A stretch of 53,081 nt of DNA, the filler included, from Stramenopiles sp. TOSAG23-2 (taxonomy: Eukaryota), in assembly GCA_900128395.1 (NCBI GenBank). It is 3 parts of 3 records of this genome, joined end to end, with 100 filler letters (N's around TTAATTAATTAA, not from the genome) between each part and the next. Parts side by side here need not be neighbours in the genome. Positions count along the whole stretch, not along the records: positions 17,753 to 35,384 come from LT649635.1; positions 35,485 to 53,081 come from LT649636.1; 1 more part is not named here. One strand, written 5' to 3'. The first letter of the stretch is position 1. The number at the start of each line of letters is the position of its first letter. Positions 31,311 to 41,800 of this stretch are shown one piece after another. Below the pieces are notes generated by a model, which ran no database searches, was not told the origin of the DNA, and was given only the letters and a program-made list of their open reading frames with translations. The translations under genes and the position numbers were made by a program.

Positions 31311-33344
31311 TTAAACCAAATTTGTCATTCTTCTACGATTAAAATACATATAAATAAATTCTCCTAATGTAATTCGATTGTCGCCAGATGGGTCAAGATG
31401 ATGAAATAAAACATTTAATTCATTTTCATTTAAATTGACATCCATGCCTTCCAAACATGTAATAAATTCTTCTCTTGTAATACTACCCGAACGATCTGTA
31501 TCAATGTCGTTGAATGTCTGTTTAATGTCATGTTTATTCGCGCTAACTTGTTGTTCAATCTTTTTCATACATTCATTGAAATTTTTATGAGTCTCCGAAC
31601 GTCCATCTGTTATCATCAAACCTTGTAATTTTTTTCTATGTTCTTGTAGTTCTTCTTCTAATTCCTTTCGGTGCTTCATCGTGCCCTTTTTATGCCCTAA
31701 TGGCGATGTTGGGTGTGTTGTTATATCGTTTTTACTCTCCAATGAAACTTTATGTCTCATAGAGCGACGGTTATAAAAGACGTATACAAATTCATTATAA
31801 TCTACTTCCCCCGTTTGCTCTGGATCTAAATATGCAAAACAGGATTGTAGTTCTTTCTCAGTCAAATCTGCATTTATCTCGTTCATAGCTATACGAAATT
31901 CTTCTTTGCTGATCGTCCCATCGCCGTCATAGTCAAATTTTCTAAGAAATTCTTTGATGTTTTTACCAGCACGTGGTGAATAACGAAAGCACTCACGTGC
32001 TTTACGCATAGCCTCGCGAAAAATATCGACTGTTAAACCTACATGTGATAATCGTTCTAATTGGCCTTCTAATTCATTAATTCTACATATACTAGCACGA
32101 TTCATTCTTGAACGATAGTTTTGAATTTTCACGTAACGATGTGCAAATTGGTATTGACGCGCAAACATTGCTCTTTCGGTTTTTTGATTATTAAGTTGAC
32201 TTTGATAATCTGCAATACGTTGTTTGTGTTCCTTGGAAAATCCACCACCTGCTTCAGATGGTCTATCTAACATCATGTGCCCGTGCATATCCAATCCTAA
32301 GTATTGATAACATGCTATAATTTCCTCGGACGTCAATCTAACTTGTAGGTCAATTATACAATCTATAAAATCATTATATGACATTTGTGAAGTCCGTGAC
32401 GCACGGAGTAATGAATGTAAACGGTCTTCCCATTTTATATCGACCTGTTCCATTATTTTATTGACTGCGCTTAAAAATTCTTTTGGTGGCTTAATAGCAA
32501 CTTTTCCACTTGCATCTTTTCGAATCAAATCATCAAATAAATCTATTTCAATCATTTCCTCATCAACTTCCTGTGCTTTTGCAGTACTTGGTCTATTATT
32601 CTTGTTATTATTATTATTGTTCTTATCGCTGATTGAATTTCGTAATTTTTCTTTTGCAGCAGCTTTGTCCCGCAAAACTTTTTTTCTCCACAATTTTTTC
32701 TTACGTTTTTTTTCACGAAGTGCCATACGTTCCCATGGATCCATAGCATCCGCGCACATTTGTACCATCCTTGGGCGAATTGGTTTTTTTTTCTTTTTCA
32801 TTTTTTTCAAGCGTAACTGTTCTTTTTGTCTTTCTTCTCGCCTTTTTAAAAATTTCTCCCTTTGTTCCTTTGACATGCGATTCAATTTTTCTAGCTCTTG
32901 TTTTTTATGTGCTTCGCGCTCCTTTTGCTTCTCTCGCAGGATCATTGCTTTTTCTTTAATTTTCCGTTCTTCTAATTCCCATTGTTCAAATAGTACATAT
33001 TCAGGAACACTTTTTGCTTTAAACTTGTCATATACAACATATTCTAATTGATCGCCGGGAATATTTTCTATCTCTTCTGCAAACGATATCGCACGATCAT
33101 TTTTGTCCGGCGCTTGGTAATTTACTAATTTATCTACAATCAATACCGAGTCAAATTGCAACTTTTCCAATTTATTCCTTAATTCAACTATATCTCCCAT
33201 ATTTTCTTCTTCCGTTGCTTCAATAAGTTTATTGGTGTCATCTAATAAATTTTGTAAATCTATTGAATAATTACCATTTTTATTATTGTTTACGTTACTT
33301 CTTTTAGAGGACTCTTCTTTTAAAAATGAAGGCGATTTATTCAT
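31311..33344 (-). CDS. Coiled-coil plus EF-hand protein
   Basis: DYDGDGTISKEEF, DPEQTGEVDYNEF, DTDRSGSITREEF, DPSGDNRITLGEF. Confidence 0.88.
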   Translation of the reverse strand: MNKSPSFLKEESSKRSNVNNNKNGNYSIDLQNLLDDTNKLIEATEEENMGDIVELRNKLEKLQFDSVLIVDKLVNYQAPDKNDRAISFAEEIENIPGDQLEYVVYDKFKAKSVPEYVLFEQWELEERKIKEKAMILREKQKEREAHKKQELEKLNRMSKEQREKFLKRREERQKEQLRLKKMKKKKKPIRPRMVQMCADAMDPWERMALREKKRKKKLWRKKVLRDKAAAKEKLRNSISDKNNNNNNKNNRPSTAKAQEVDEEMIEIDLFDDLIRKDASGKVAIKPPKEFLSAVNKIMEQVDIKWEDRLHSLLRASRTSQMSYNDFIDCIIDLQVRLTSEEIIACYQYLGLDMHGHMMLDRPSEAGGGFSKEHKQRIADYQSQLNNQKTERAMFARQYQFAHRYVKIQNYRSRMNRASICRINELEGQLERLSHVGLTVDIFREAMRKARECFRYSPRAGKNIKEFLRKFDYDGDGTISKEEFRIAMNEINADLTEKELQSCFAYLDPEQTGEVDYNEFVYVFYNRRSMRHKVSLESKNDITTHPTSPLGHKKGTMKHRKELEEELQEHRKKLQGLMITDGRSETHKNFNECMKKIEQQVSANKHDIKQTFNDIDTDRSGSITREEFITCLEGMDVNLNENELNVLFHHLDPSGDNRITLGEFIYMYFNRRRMTNLV

Positions 33345-34179
33345 ATTGACGATGAGATATATAGGTAAGGAAGAGGAATGAAATTGCGTCGCGTGGAAAG
33401 ATTAGATGGAAAAATTACATTTCCGAAAGTGGAAACTCGTTTTCTTATATAACAATAATAGTCTAGTGTCATATATATATATATTATTATAACAGTAATA
33501 ATAATTAATAATACTATAGTACCACCTAGCCAGCTAGAGCTAAAAAAGGAGGTTGAAACTACTAGCTACCACTTTTTTTGGTGGTATCCTCGTAGCTAGC
33601 TACCATCAGGTGGTACGTGCCTACTGTAGTACTTCAGCTTACCAGGTTTGCCAGGCTTGCCTTTCCCTTGCGAACAAAAAAACTAACGTCTGGAAATCTA
33701 CAGTATTACAGTATGTGAAATACTGGAATACTGTCGTCTCTTACTCTGTAGCACAGTAGCTCTATAATAGGTAGCTAGACTAGCTATAATAGCTATAGAG
33801 TTTCTTTTTTGTATAAATCTAGAATAAAAAAAGTAAACATTTGTGCATTTTCTGGTCCCAGGTCCTTAATTCGATCGAGGCGACTATACTAGTATCTACA
33901 GTATCTATAGTATCTGCTACAGCTAACATCAATGATGTGTGGTAGCTGCTAGCAACAACATCACATTATTACTGTAACATGATGCATGATATAATGATGA
34001 TGCAAAACACACACTCGCACCACTCCTCTTGATGACAGCCTGGACAGACAGAACTTAATTCCTGGTAGATCTATGGATCGATGTGTATAGAGGAATTGAA
34101 AAGAAAAATATAATATTAAATGTAATAAAGTTGAACATATACAGCAATATGGGAATAATTGCAGAAGAAAACCAACAAT

Positions 34180-34854
34180 ATGTCAAGCATTGTTGGTATC
34201 AAACTATCTGATATGCTTCGGCATTTGAAATTTTCAGACTATCAAAATGTATATGAACCAGCTGAAGATACATTTTTATTAATAGATGCTATTGTTAATG
34301 ATAAATTATTTCTACGTATTAAAAAACCAAATATATGTGTTGAAATTGGTTGTGGAACTGGGAGTGTATCCGTTGTGTTATCAAAATTACTAAATCAGAT
34401 TTTAGATATTTCGCCTTATTTTGTTCTTACTGATATTAATGCAGTAGCAGCAAATATCGCATATTCAACTTGTGTCCATAACGGTTTGAAACATTTTGAC
34501 ATTGTTCAAACTGATCTCTTGTCTGGTTTGGAAAAGTATTTGAAAGGAAAAATTGATGTACTAGTATTTAACCCACCATATGTACCAACACCTTCTAGCG
34601 AAGTTGGCAAAGTTGATATTACAGCAGCATGGGCTGGTGGTATACGTGGTAGAGAAGTTATTGATCGGCTATTGCCGAAATTACCGGACCTTTTATCAAC
34701 ACAAGGTGTTTTTTATATATTGTTAGTTGAAGAAAATGAACCTGCTGAAATTCAAGCAATTGTACATAATTTAGGTTTAGCCTCGAAAATATTAATCAAG
34801 CAACAAGCAAAAAATGAATTTCAATTAGTCATGAAAATCTATAGAAAAATCTAG
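34180..34854 (+). CDS. N6AMT1: HemK-family methyltransferase N6AMT1/Mtq2 (eRF1 Gln methyltransferase)
   Basis: VYEPAEDTFLLIDA, EIGCGTG, FNPPYVPT, AWAGG..GREVIDR. Confidence 0.93.
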   Translation: MSSIVGIKLSDMLRHLKFSDYQNVYEPAEDTFLLIDAIVNDKLFLRIKKPNICVEIGCGTGSVSVVLSKLLNQILDISPYFVLTDINAVAANIAYSTCVHNGLKHFDIVQTDLLSGLEKYLKGKIDVLVFNPPYVPTPSSEVGKVDITAAWAGGIRGREVIDRLLPKLPDLLSTQGVFYILLVEENEPAEIQAIVHNLGLASKILIKQQAKNEFQLVMKIYRKI

Positions 34855-35155
34855 AGTAGAGAGAGAGAGAGTGAAGTCTTGGAAATCCATGTAAATTAAA
34901 ACATGTAAAAGAATTAGATCTATTTAGACAATGTCTATTACAGCTTATATATATATTATATCATACTTCTCGTATATAATATACATTTACTCTCGTACGA
35001 AGCTTCTATGCATATTATGCATATCATACCTATCATATGCATATATATTAAATATATCATTTTAAATATATTTTTTGATATATGATCCGGACAATCTGTT
35101 GAGAGACCTTTGAGGTGATAAATAACTCTCTAATATAACTCTCATAGTATATCTT

Positions 35156-35384
35156 TTAGGTAAATATTTCTGTATGTTTGCCTTTCATTGATGCAATCGA
35201 GTATTTGCACGATCTTCTGCTAAACGTGAGACCATAAAAATCTATTTTTCTTTTACTAGTCTCGTCTATATTAATATCCTCAAGCATTTTGTCATATTTA
35301 CATGTTTTTTTTTTTATTTTATTTTTTATGTTCCCCTCAAATATTGGTTGAAATCTCTGGTCTAAGTATGGAGTAGTTGTATAA
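35156..35384 (-). CDS. Possible 3' fragment of a gene truncated by the gap
   Basis: 76-codon frame open from the gap: YTTTPYLDQRFQPIFEGN...KGKHTEIFT*. No recognisable motif. Confidence 0.35.
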
Positions 35385-35484
35385 NNNNNNNNNNNNNNNN
35401 NNNNNNNNNNNNNNNNNNNNNNNNNNNNTTAATTAATTAANNNNNNNNNNNNNNNNNNNNNNNNNNNNNNNNNNNNNNNNNNNN
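35385..35484. other. Artificial assembly spacer N44-TTAATTAATTAA-N44
   Basis: Identical to the spacer at 17653-17752. Confidence 0.97.
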
Positions 35485-35566
35485 GTACCAACATTATTAT
35501 GAAAACAAGAGAATAAACAGGCAGCATCTCCCACAGTTGTTCCCAAACCTGTAACAACAACAAGAC

Positions 35567-38179
35567 ATGGATATATCAGAATTGAAACAAGGGCAGAAGA
35601 TAAAGATTGATTATGAAGATGAAATTTTTGTAGCGAAAGTTAAGAAGTTAACACCAAAATTTGTGGTTATTAAATATGATGTAGATGGAAGTACTGAAAA
35701 AATAAACTTAAATAGTTTTCGGAAAAGAATAACTAAAATTTTTAAAAGCACTGTTCGACGAATCGTGCAAAAAAATAAAAATGGGAGTTCTCAATCATCT
35801 TCCTCGTCATCACCAACAACAACAACAACAACAACAACAATCATAACCACTACTACTACAACAAGAACACCTCGTAGAACAAGAAGAAAGCCGCGTAAAA
35901 ATTATAAAGAACAGTCCGGCTCTGAATGGGAAATAGGTGATTCTTCAGAATCGTCTGAAGATGATAGCGAATATAGCATGTATGATGATCACGATGCCAA
36001 TGATAATAATAATAACGACGAGAGTGATTATGAGTTAGATTCATCATCTATTAAAAAATTTAAAAGAAGACGAAAGAAAAAAAAGCCAGGTGATGATTTA
36101 AGATGTAATGAATGCAAAAATTCTGAACATAAATATAATCCAGAGGAAGGTAATAAAGATGTCATAACTATGGAAAATCTGGATCCTAAACATATTGAAT
36201 GGATTTCACCTGATGGCAAAATGAAGCAATGCTACAATATACAAACATTATTAAAAATTGCGTGCAAAGATGGAAAAAATATTTTATTGCAACCACCACA
36301 CTTTCGTGCACCGATGGATAGGACGTTAAAAGATCAGATTGAAAATAAATTTCCAGGGGTTATTTCTAAATTGGAAAATAATAATAAAAAATTAAGTGAT
36401 TTATCTGAATATGATGGTATCCTGTACGATGACTCAGATCTGGATGATGAAATGTTAGAAAATTATTTCCAGCGGTATGGAGACGCTGAAAGTGTGAAAT
36501 ATAATTGGATGTCTGATATTGGAGATATGTATGTTTGTCCATTATGTTTTAGTTATTTAAGCGATTTGTTGGATATTGAAAATGAAACAAGTGACAATGA
36601 GGAGGAGATTGAAGATCCACTCGAAATATTAACACACCAAGGTATCGAATTGGGTGCTGTTGCATTGACATTAAAGCAAGCAGAAATGAAAGTGCACTTA
36701 TCAACTGTACATAAAATACCGAAAAAATATTTAACGAAAAAAGCTGGATGCACAGATGTTTTGAAACGATATATGTTAAGAGATAGTGATGGATTGATTC
36801 AACAATATTGTCATTCGATGGACAATCAACACCATAAAACGTATTATAGTAGAGACAGTTGGTTAAATCGTGGTAATTACAACGCTTTGTATTATACCAT
36901 TCTTCTTAAAGCTGAAAATCAATTTCCTGAATTATTCAGTAAAACGCCAATATGGACTATATTGGAAAAAGAAAATACAAGAGAAGCAGAAGAGTACTGC
37001 GGGAAAAGAGGCATAAGATATTTTCTAAGTTTAATTAGTCAATGGTCAAATGAAGAATCAGCTTTGGACTCTAATTTTATTGCAAATGAAGATTCTCTTG
37101 ATGAAGAGAGTAGCAGCAGCAGCAGCAGTAGTAGTAGTAACAGCAGCAGCAGTGAGGAAGATGATTATTTTGGTAGTTCCTCATCATCTAGAAAAAAAGC
37201 AGCTATTAGCAGTAGTCGAAAAAGAAGCAGTAATAGTAGTAGCCGTAAGAAACGCAATAGTAGCAGTAAAAAATCATCATCAACACCTCATTTATACTTC
37301 ACGCAAAGAATGGAGCAAGAGGAGCAAGATTTGGATGATCTTGCATGGGAAACCCGACGTTATGAAGACATTGCAAAAAGAAGGGGTCTACCTGTCTATG
37401 AAGAATCTGAAAATGAAGGCTTTGTTACTGATGATGACGAGGATAGTGACTCAAATAATAATAATAATGGCGTGACAAGTAGTGTCAAGAAAAGAAGAAG
37501 AATAACCGCTTTAATATCGAAATATAGAATTGGCCAAGAAATACTTGTTATGTACAGAAGTAGAAAAGGCCGCGAAAAATGGTATGATGCAAAAGTGTCT
37601 GTTAAAGGTCAGCGTTCCATAAAAGTTCTTTATGAAGTGGATCAATCAACCGAATGGATTTCTGCAAACGATTTTAGTAATCGCATTAAATTGAAGCCGT
37701 TCAAAGGTATCAATTTAAGCAAAACTCCAACTAAGAAAAGACCTGCACCAGCATTAAAAAAAGTTGTAGAAGAAGATGATGACGATGATAGTGACGATGA
37801 TGATGATGATGTTATAGAAGTCGTGTATAATGATGAAGAAGAAATTGTAAGTGTAAATAATAAGAAGGCTACAACATCTACCACTAGTACATCAAAAAGG
37901 AAACGGAGACGTCTGAAAAGAGCAGAAATTAGCTCTTCTTCTTCGGACGATGAGGCACCGTTAGTAAACCGTACAATTCTTTTTAATGATAATGATACCG
38001 CAAAAAATATGAGCACACCATCAAGTGTTGGTGCCAGTGGAAGAAAAAAGAAGCAGAAAACACCACTGCTTCCTATCCATGATAGTGATGATGACGATGA
38101 TGATGATGAAAGAGTGACATTGTTTGAAGAGGAAGAGGATGATGGAGATAACAGTTCAAGCTCAGATGATTGTTTGTAA
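35567..38179 (+). CDS. Uncharacterised, probably nuclear protein with two Tudor-like barrels and a central Cys/His region
   Basis: Two mutually similar segments (GQKIKIDY..AKV..IKYDVDGSTE..F..RI and GQEILVMY..WYDAKV..VLYEVDQSTEW..F..RI); CNEC, YVCPLC..HLSTVH; basic NLS-like and acidic/Ser tracts. Confidence 0.7.
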   Translation: MDISELKQGQKIKIDYEDEIFVAKVKKLTPKFVVIKYDVDGSTEKINLNSFRKRITKIFKSTVRRIVQKNKNGSSQSSSSSSPTTTTTTTTIITTTTTTRTPRRTRRKPRKNYKEQSGSEWEIGDSSESSEDDSEYSMYDDHDANDNNNNDESDYELDSSSIKKFKRRRKKKKPGDDLRCNECKNSEHKYNPEEGNKDVITMENLDPKHIEWISPDGKMKQCYNIQTLLKIACKDGKNILLQPPHFRAPMDRTLKDQIENKFPGVISKLENNNKKLSDLSEYDGILYDDSDLDDEMLENYFQRYGDAESVKYNWMSDIGDMYVCPLCFSYLSDLLDIENETSDNEEEIEDPLEILTHQGIELGAVALTLKQAEMKVHLSTVHKIPKKYLTKKAGCTDVLKRYMLRDSDGLIQQYCHSMDNQHHKTYYSRDSWLNRGNYNALYYTILLKAENQFPELFSKTPIWTILEKENTREAEEYCGKRGIRYFLSLISQWSNEESALDSNFIANEDSLDEESSSSSSSSSSNSSSSEEDDYFGSSSSSRKKAAISSSRKRSSNSSSRKKRNSSSKKSSSTPHLYFTQRMEQEEQDLDDLAWETRRYEDIAKRRGLPVYEESENEGFVTDDDEDSDSNNNNNGVTSSVKKRRRITALISKYRIGQEILVMYRSRKGREKWYDAKVSVKGQRSIKVLYEVDQSTEWISANDFSNRIKLKPFKGINLSKTPTKKRPAPALKKVVEEDDDDDSDDDDDDVIEVVYNDEEEIVSVNNKKATTSTTSTSKRKRRRLKRAEISSSSSDDEAPLVNRTILFNDNDTAKNMSTPSSVGASGRKKKQKTPLLPIHDSDDDDDDDERVTLFEEEEDDGDNSSSSDDCL

Positions 38180-38895
38180 AATCTGAAAAAGCGTATATAT
38201 ATATATATACATATATAAAGAAAGTTAGCATGGAAGGATATGCATAAAAACCTACTCATGCTTGTGGAGTATTAGTTCGCAGACGTGCATTAGAGCTTCA
38301 CTATATGCATAGTAGGAATAGAATATTATTCTTGAGATTGAGTATTGAGCAATACGATCGTACGCTTCGTACGAATTATTTACCACATGAAGTAAAATTA
38401 TTACGAGTATCAAAATGTATAAATTTAGATTTTAAACTTTCATTCTATTATACAACTACCAAGTAATTTGACGTACACAAAACTATCATCTGAAAAATTT
38501 GTACCACCGATAGTGCTATCACCTTAGCCTTAGAGAGGCCGCCTCCCTTACTAGCATCATTATTTGATATGATTTCCGGGATCACTAAATAGCAAGGTCA
38601 TCGGGATTACACAATATATCTACATCACAGTTTTGCTAGATATTTTGGTCCATTTTAAGGAAAATTGCAAGTTTAGTGTAGATATTGTAAAATTATGCAG
38701 AGATGCAGAGTGATGGAGAGTGCCAGGAGTGCAGAGTGCAGCGAGCAGAGAGCAGAGGTGTTATAAACTTAGATTTTAACCATCATATTTTATATTTTAA
38801 AAAAACATTATGCACGCAAATTATAAAAATACGGATCCAAATGGTATGATACACACATAAAAACATTCATACACGCGTACATAATTATTCGAGTT

Positions 38896-41800
38896 TTACT
38901 TCTTAAATGGACTAGGTGACAAAAGCGAAGCATTGAAACTTTCACCACGCTCAATGCGAATTGATTTTGCACCACCTTTTTTAGACACAGGAGATTCAAA
39001 CGTCGATTCAATACCTGCTTCTTCCTGCAATTGTTTCAAACGACGCTTAAGGGCTGCACGTTTTTGTGGCCGCAAAGCAGATGTAACAGCCGACGTCGCC
39101 TCTTGCTCTTCATCCTGCTTCAGATTTAAACTTTCGTTGGTCAGATCGATATCTTCAGCTATGGATGGTAACTCTTGTGTTGTTATATCAATTGAACCCT
39201 GTCGGCTAATGTGTACATTCGTAATAACTTCATCTTTTCCAAAATTTTCACTACCCACGCGCATGGAAGTACGGGATGTATTATTATTATTCCCAACACT
39301 GCTTAAATCTATTTTTCGTGCGACCGCATCATTAGCAGTGTGAGTAGCCGCAGTAACAGCCAAGGATGCCTTCTTTCTATTCTGTAAAGATTTTTGAACA
39401 TCAATTAACTGTTTTTCTAAACGTATTTTTTCATTAATTATCTGCATTAAAGTTTCTTGAACACGGATGCTATCAACCTTATCCATCGCGAATGCGCCCT
39501 TTATATATCTTAACGCTTGGTCATGCATTGCACGTATTGGTGATCCACCGTGCTGTTGCTCTTGATTCGATATAGGATCTCTAGTTCTTAATCCTAATAA
39601 ATCATTCACTTCATTCATACTCATATCAAGCATACTAGCAACACTTGATAGTGCCTGTGCACTTCTTGGCGACTTAGTCGGTGTAACTATAGCACTTTTC
39701 AACGCATTTACTCTAGCGCGCAATTTATTATTTCCATCAATCATTTCTTTTGCAACGTCGATTATACTGCTTGCGGTTTCCTCAATAAAAGATTTAAATC
39801 TGTTTTCTACAGCTGATACTCTACGTTCACTTGATTCTGTTTCCTTTCTAACTTTGGCATCTTTTTCTGACAAGGTTTTCTTTAATGCAGAAATTTTGTC
39901 AAGCGCTTCTTTATATGTACGTTCCGCTTCTCCTAAACGCCGTAACGAACGTCTAGCTTCTGATGATTTACGTTCATAAGAAACTTTCATTTCTTTAGCT
40001 GTTTTTTCCAATTCTTTTTGATTTTTAATTTTACCTTGAATTTCTGCTAAACGATCACGCTGAGCATGCACACCTTCACGCATACTTTCCATCGCTATAC
40101 GACGTTGATTTAAATTGCGTTGAGAAATTTTTAATTTTTTTTCTAGTTCTTCCAGTTTTTCTTTTGCATTATCGGCCTCTTTTTTCTCTTGCTCTAATCG
40201 TTCACGCAGTCGTTTTTCAACAGAAGCTTTTCTACTTGCTTCACTAAGTGCTCGTTTTGCTTTTGCAACTGCCTTTTTACGAGCAGCTTCCACGTTTTCC
40301 CATTTTTTATTTTCCGTCTTATCTTCCTCTTCATACTTTTGCAAGATTGTATCTTTCTTCTTCATTTCAATTTTTAAACTTTTAACGGCATCACGCAGTG
40401 TTTTGACTAATTTTTCTTTCTCCTCCACATCTCCTGGAGGCATCCAATTCTTCCTCAAAACATCAATCTGATCACGCAATCTAGAAACTTCTGTTTTCAA
40501 TGCTTTGTGCTTCTTATTGGCAACTTTCGCAACTGATCGAATACGCAATTTCGCCTTTCCTTCCGCTTCTTTTTTCTTTTCTAACATATCTGTTAAGCTG
40601 TTTTGCGTTGCTTTTAAATCAGTAATTTGATCCTTTAATAATCGAACTTCAGTCTCCGCATTTTTTTTTTCCACTTCAATTCTTGAGCATCTTAACTCTA
40701 GCACAGACAAATCAGTCATATCCCTTACTTTTTTATGATTATCAAATCTTCCAACACGCTTCTTTTTGCCACGCTTGTCACTGCCGCTACTGCTAACACT
40801 GGAATTTGATGGTCTTCGTTTTGCCTTTAGCTCATTTAGTTCAGCACGTAATATCTCCACAGCAGCAGTACGCTCTGCTAACTTAACTGTTAAATTAACT
40901 TCATCTTCACCAGCCTTCTTCTCCTTGATCATCGTTTTTTTCATTTCTACAATTTGCAATTCAAACATCTGGCTCAAATTATCATTTGCCTCTTGTCGAC
41001 GTTGACCTTCCTCATAGAGTAATTTTATTTTCGATGCTAGGTCTTTCCGTTCTTCGTCTAATATTTCTTCGACCTTCGTACGTTTTTGCACTTCTTTAGC
41101 TAATGCTTTCTTAGTTGTTTGTAATTCTTGTTGTATACTCGACAATGCCTCTTCATGCTCTTTATCAGATTTTTCTTTGAACGTTTGTAATTGATGCTCA
41201 ATTTTTGTTAACTTCTTTTTATATGATTTAATATCATTGGACATGTGTTTTTCTGTTTCATGAGCTTTCTCTAATGCATGTTCGATATGAGTTGCATGTG
41301 AAGTTGCTTTATCCGCTTCATCTTTCAATTCAATGATAGTCTTACGTAGATCATGTTCAATTTCGTTAAATTTAGCTTCCCTTTCTGACATTCTATTATT
41401 TGAAGTAGCATGCGCTTCTTCTAATGATTTTTGTACAGATTCTAACTGATTTTTTAAAGATTCACATCTAGTTTTCAAATTTGAAATTTCAAAATCTGCT
41501 GAATTTGCATTATGCTTCAAATCTGCCTCTGCCTTTTTTAAACGCGTGGTTAACGTGTCAATTTCATCTTGTTTTGCTGTTATTTCTTGCTTTCGCAATA
41601 ACTCCAACTCATGTAACTTTGTGTTTTCTTCCTCCGTCATCGAATCTGCAATTTTTGCTGCAAGTGTTTGTGTCCTCATTTCTTTTTCCTTCTGCAATTC
41701 CGATATTTTTTCCTTTGCTTCAGCATAATCGTTCTCCATCTGATGTATTTTCTCACGCGAAGTTTCTCTTTCGCTTTCTAAAGAGTTGATCCTATTTGCC

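Noticed and set aside
21848..34854. DNMT2 plus N6AMT1 as a restriction-modification or DNA 5mC/6mA system
   Set aside because: Both match conserved housekeeping families (tRNA C38 and eRF1 methylation), they are 11 kb apart, and no nuclease is present.
38572..38592. TTTCCGGGATCACTAAATAG resembles U3 snoRNA box A
   Set aside because: Box A' (UACUU) and downstream boxes C and D (UGAUGA, CUGA) are not found at suitable positions.
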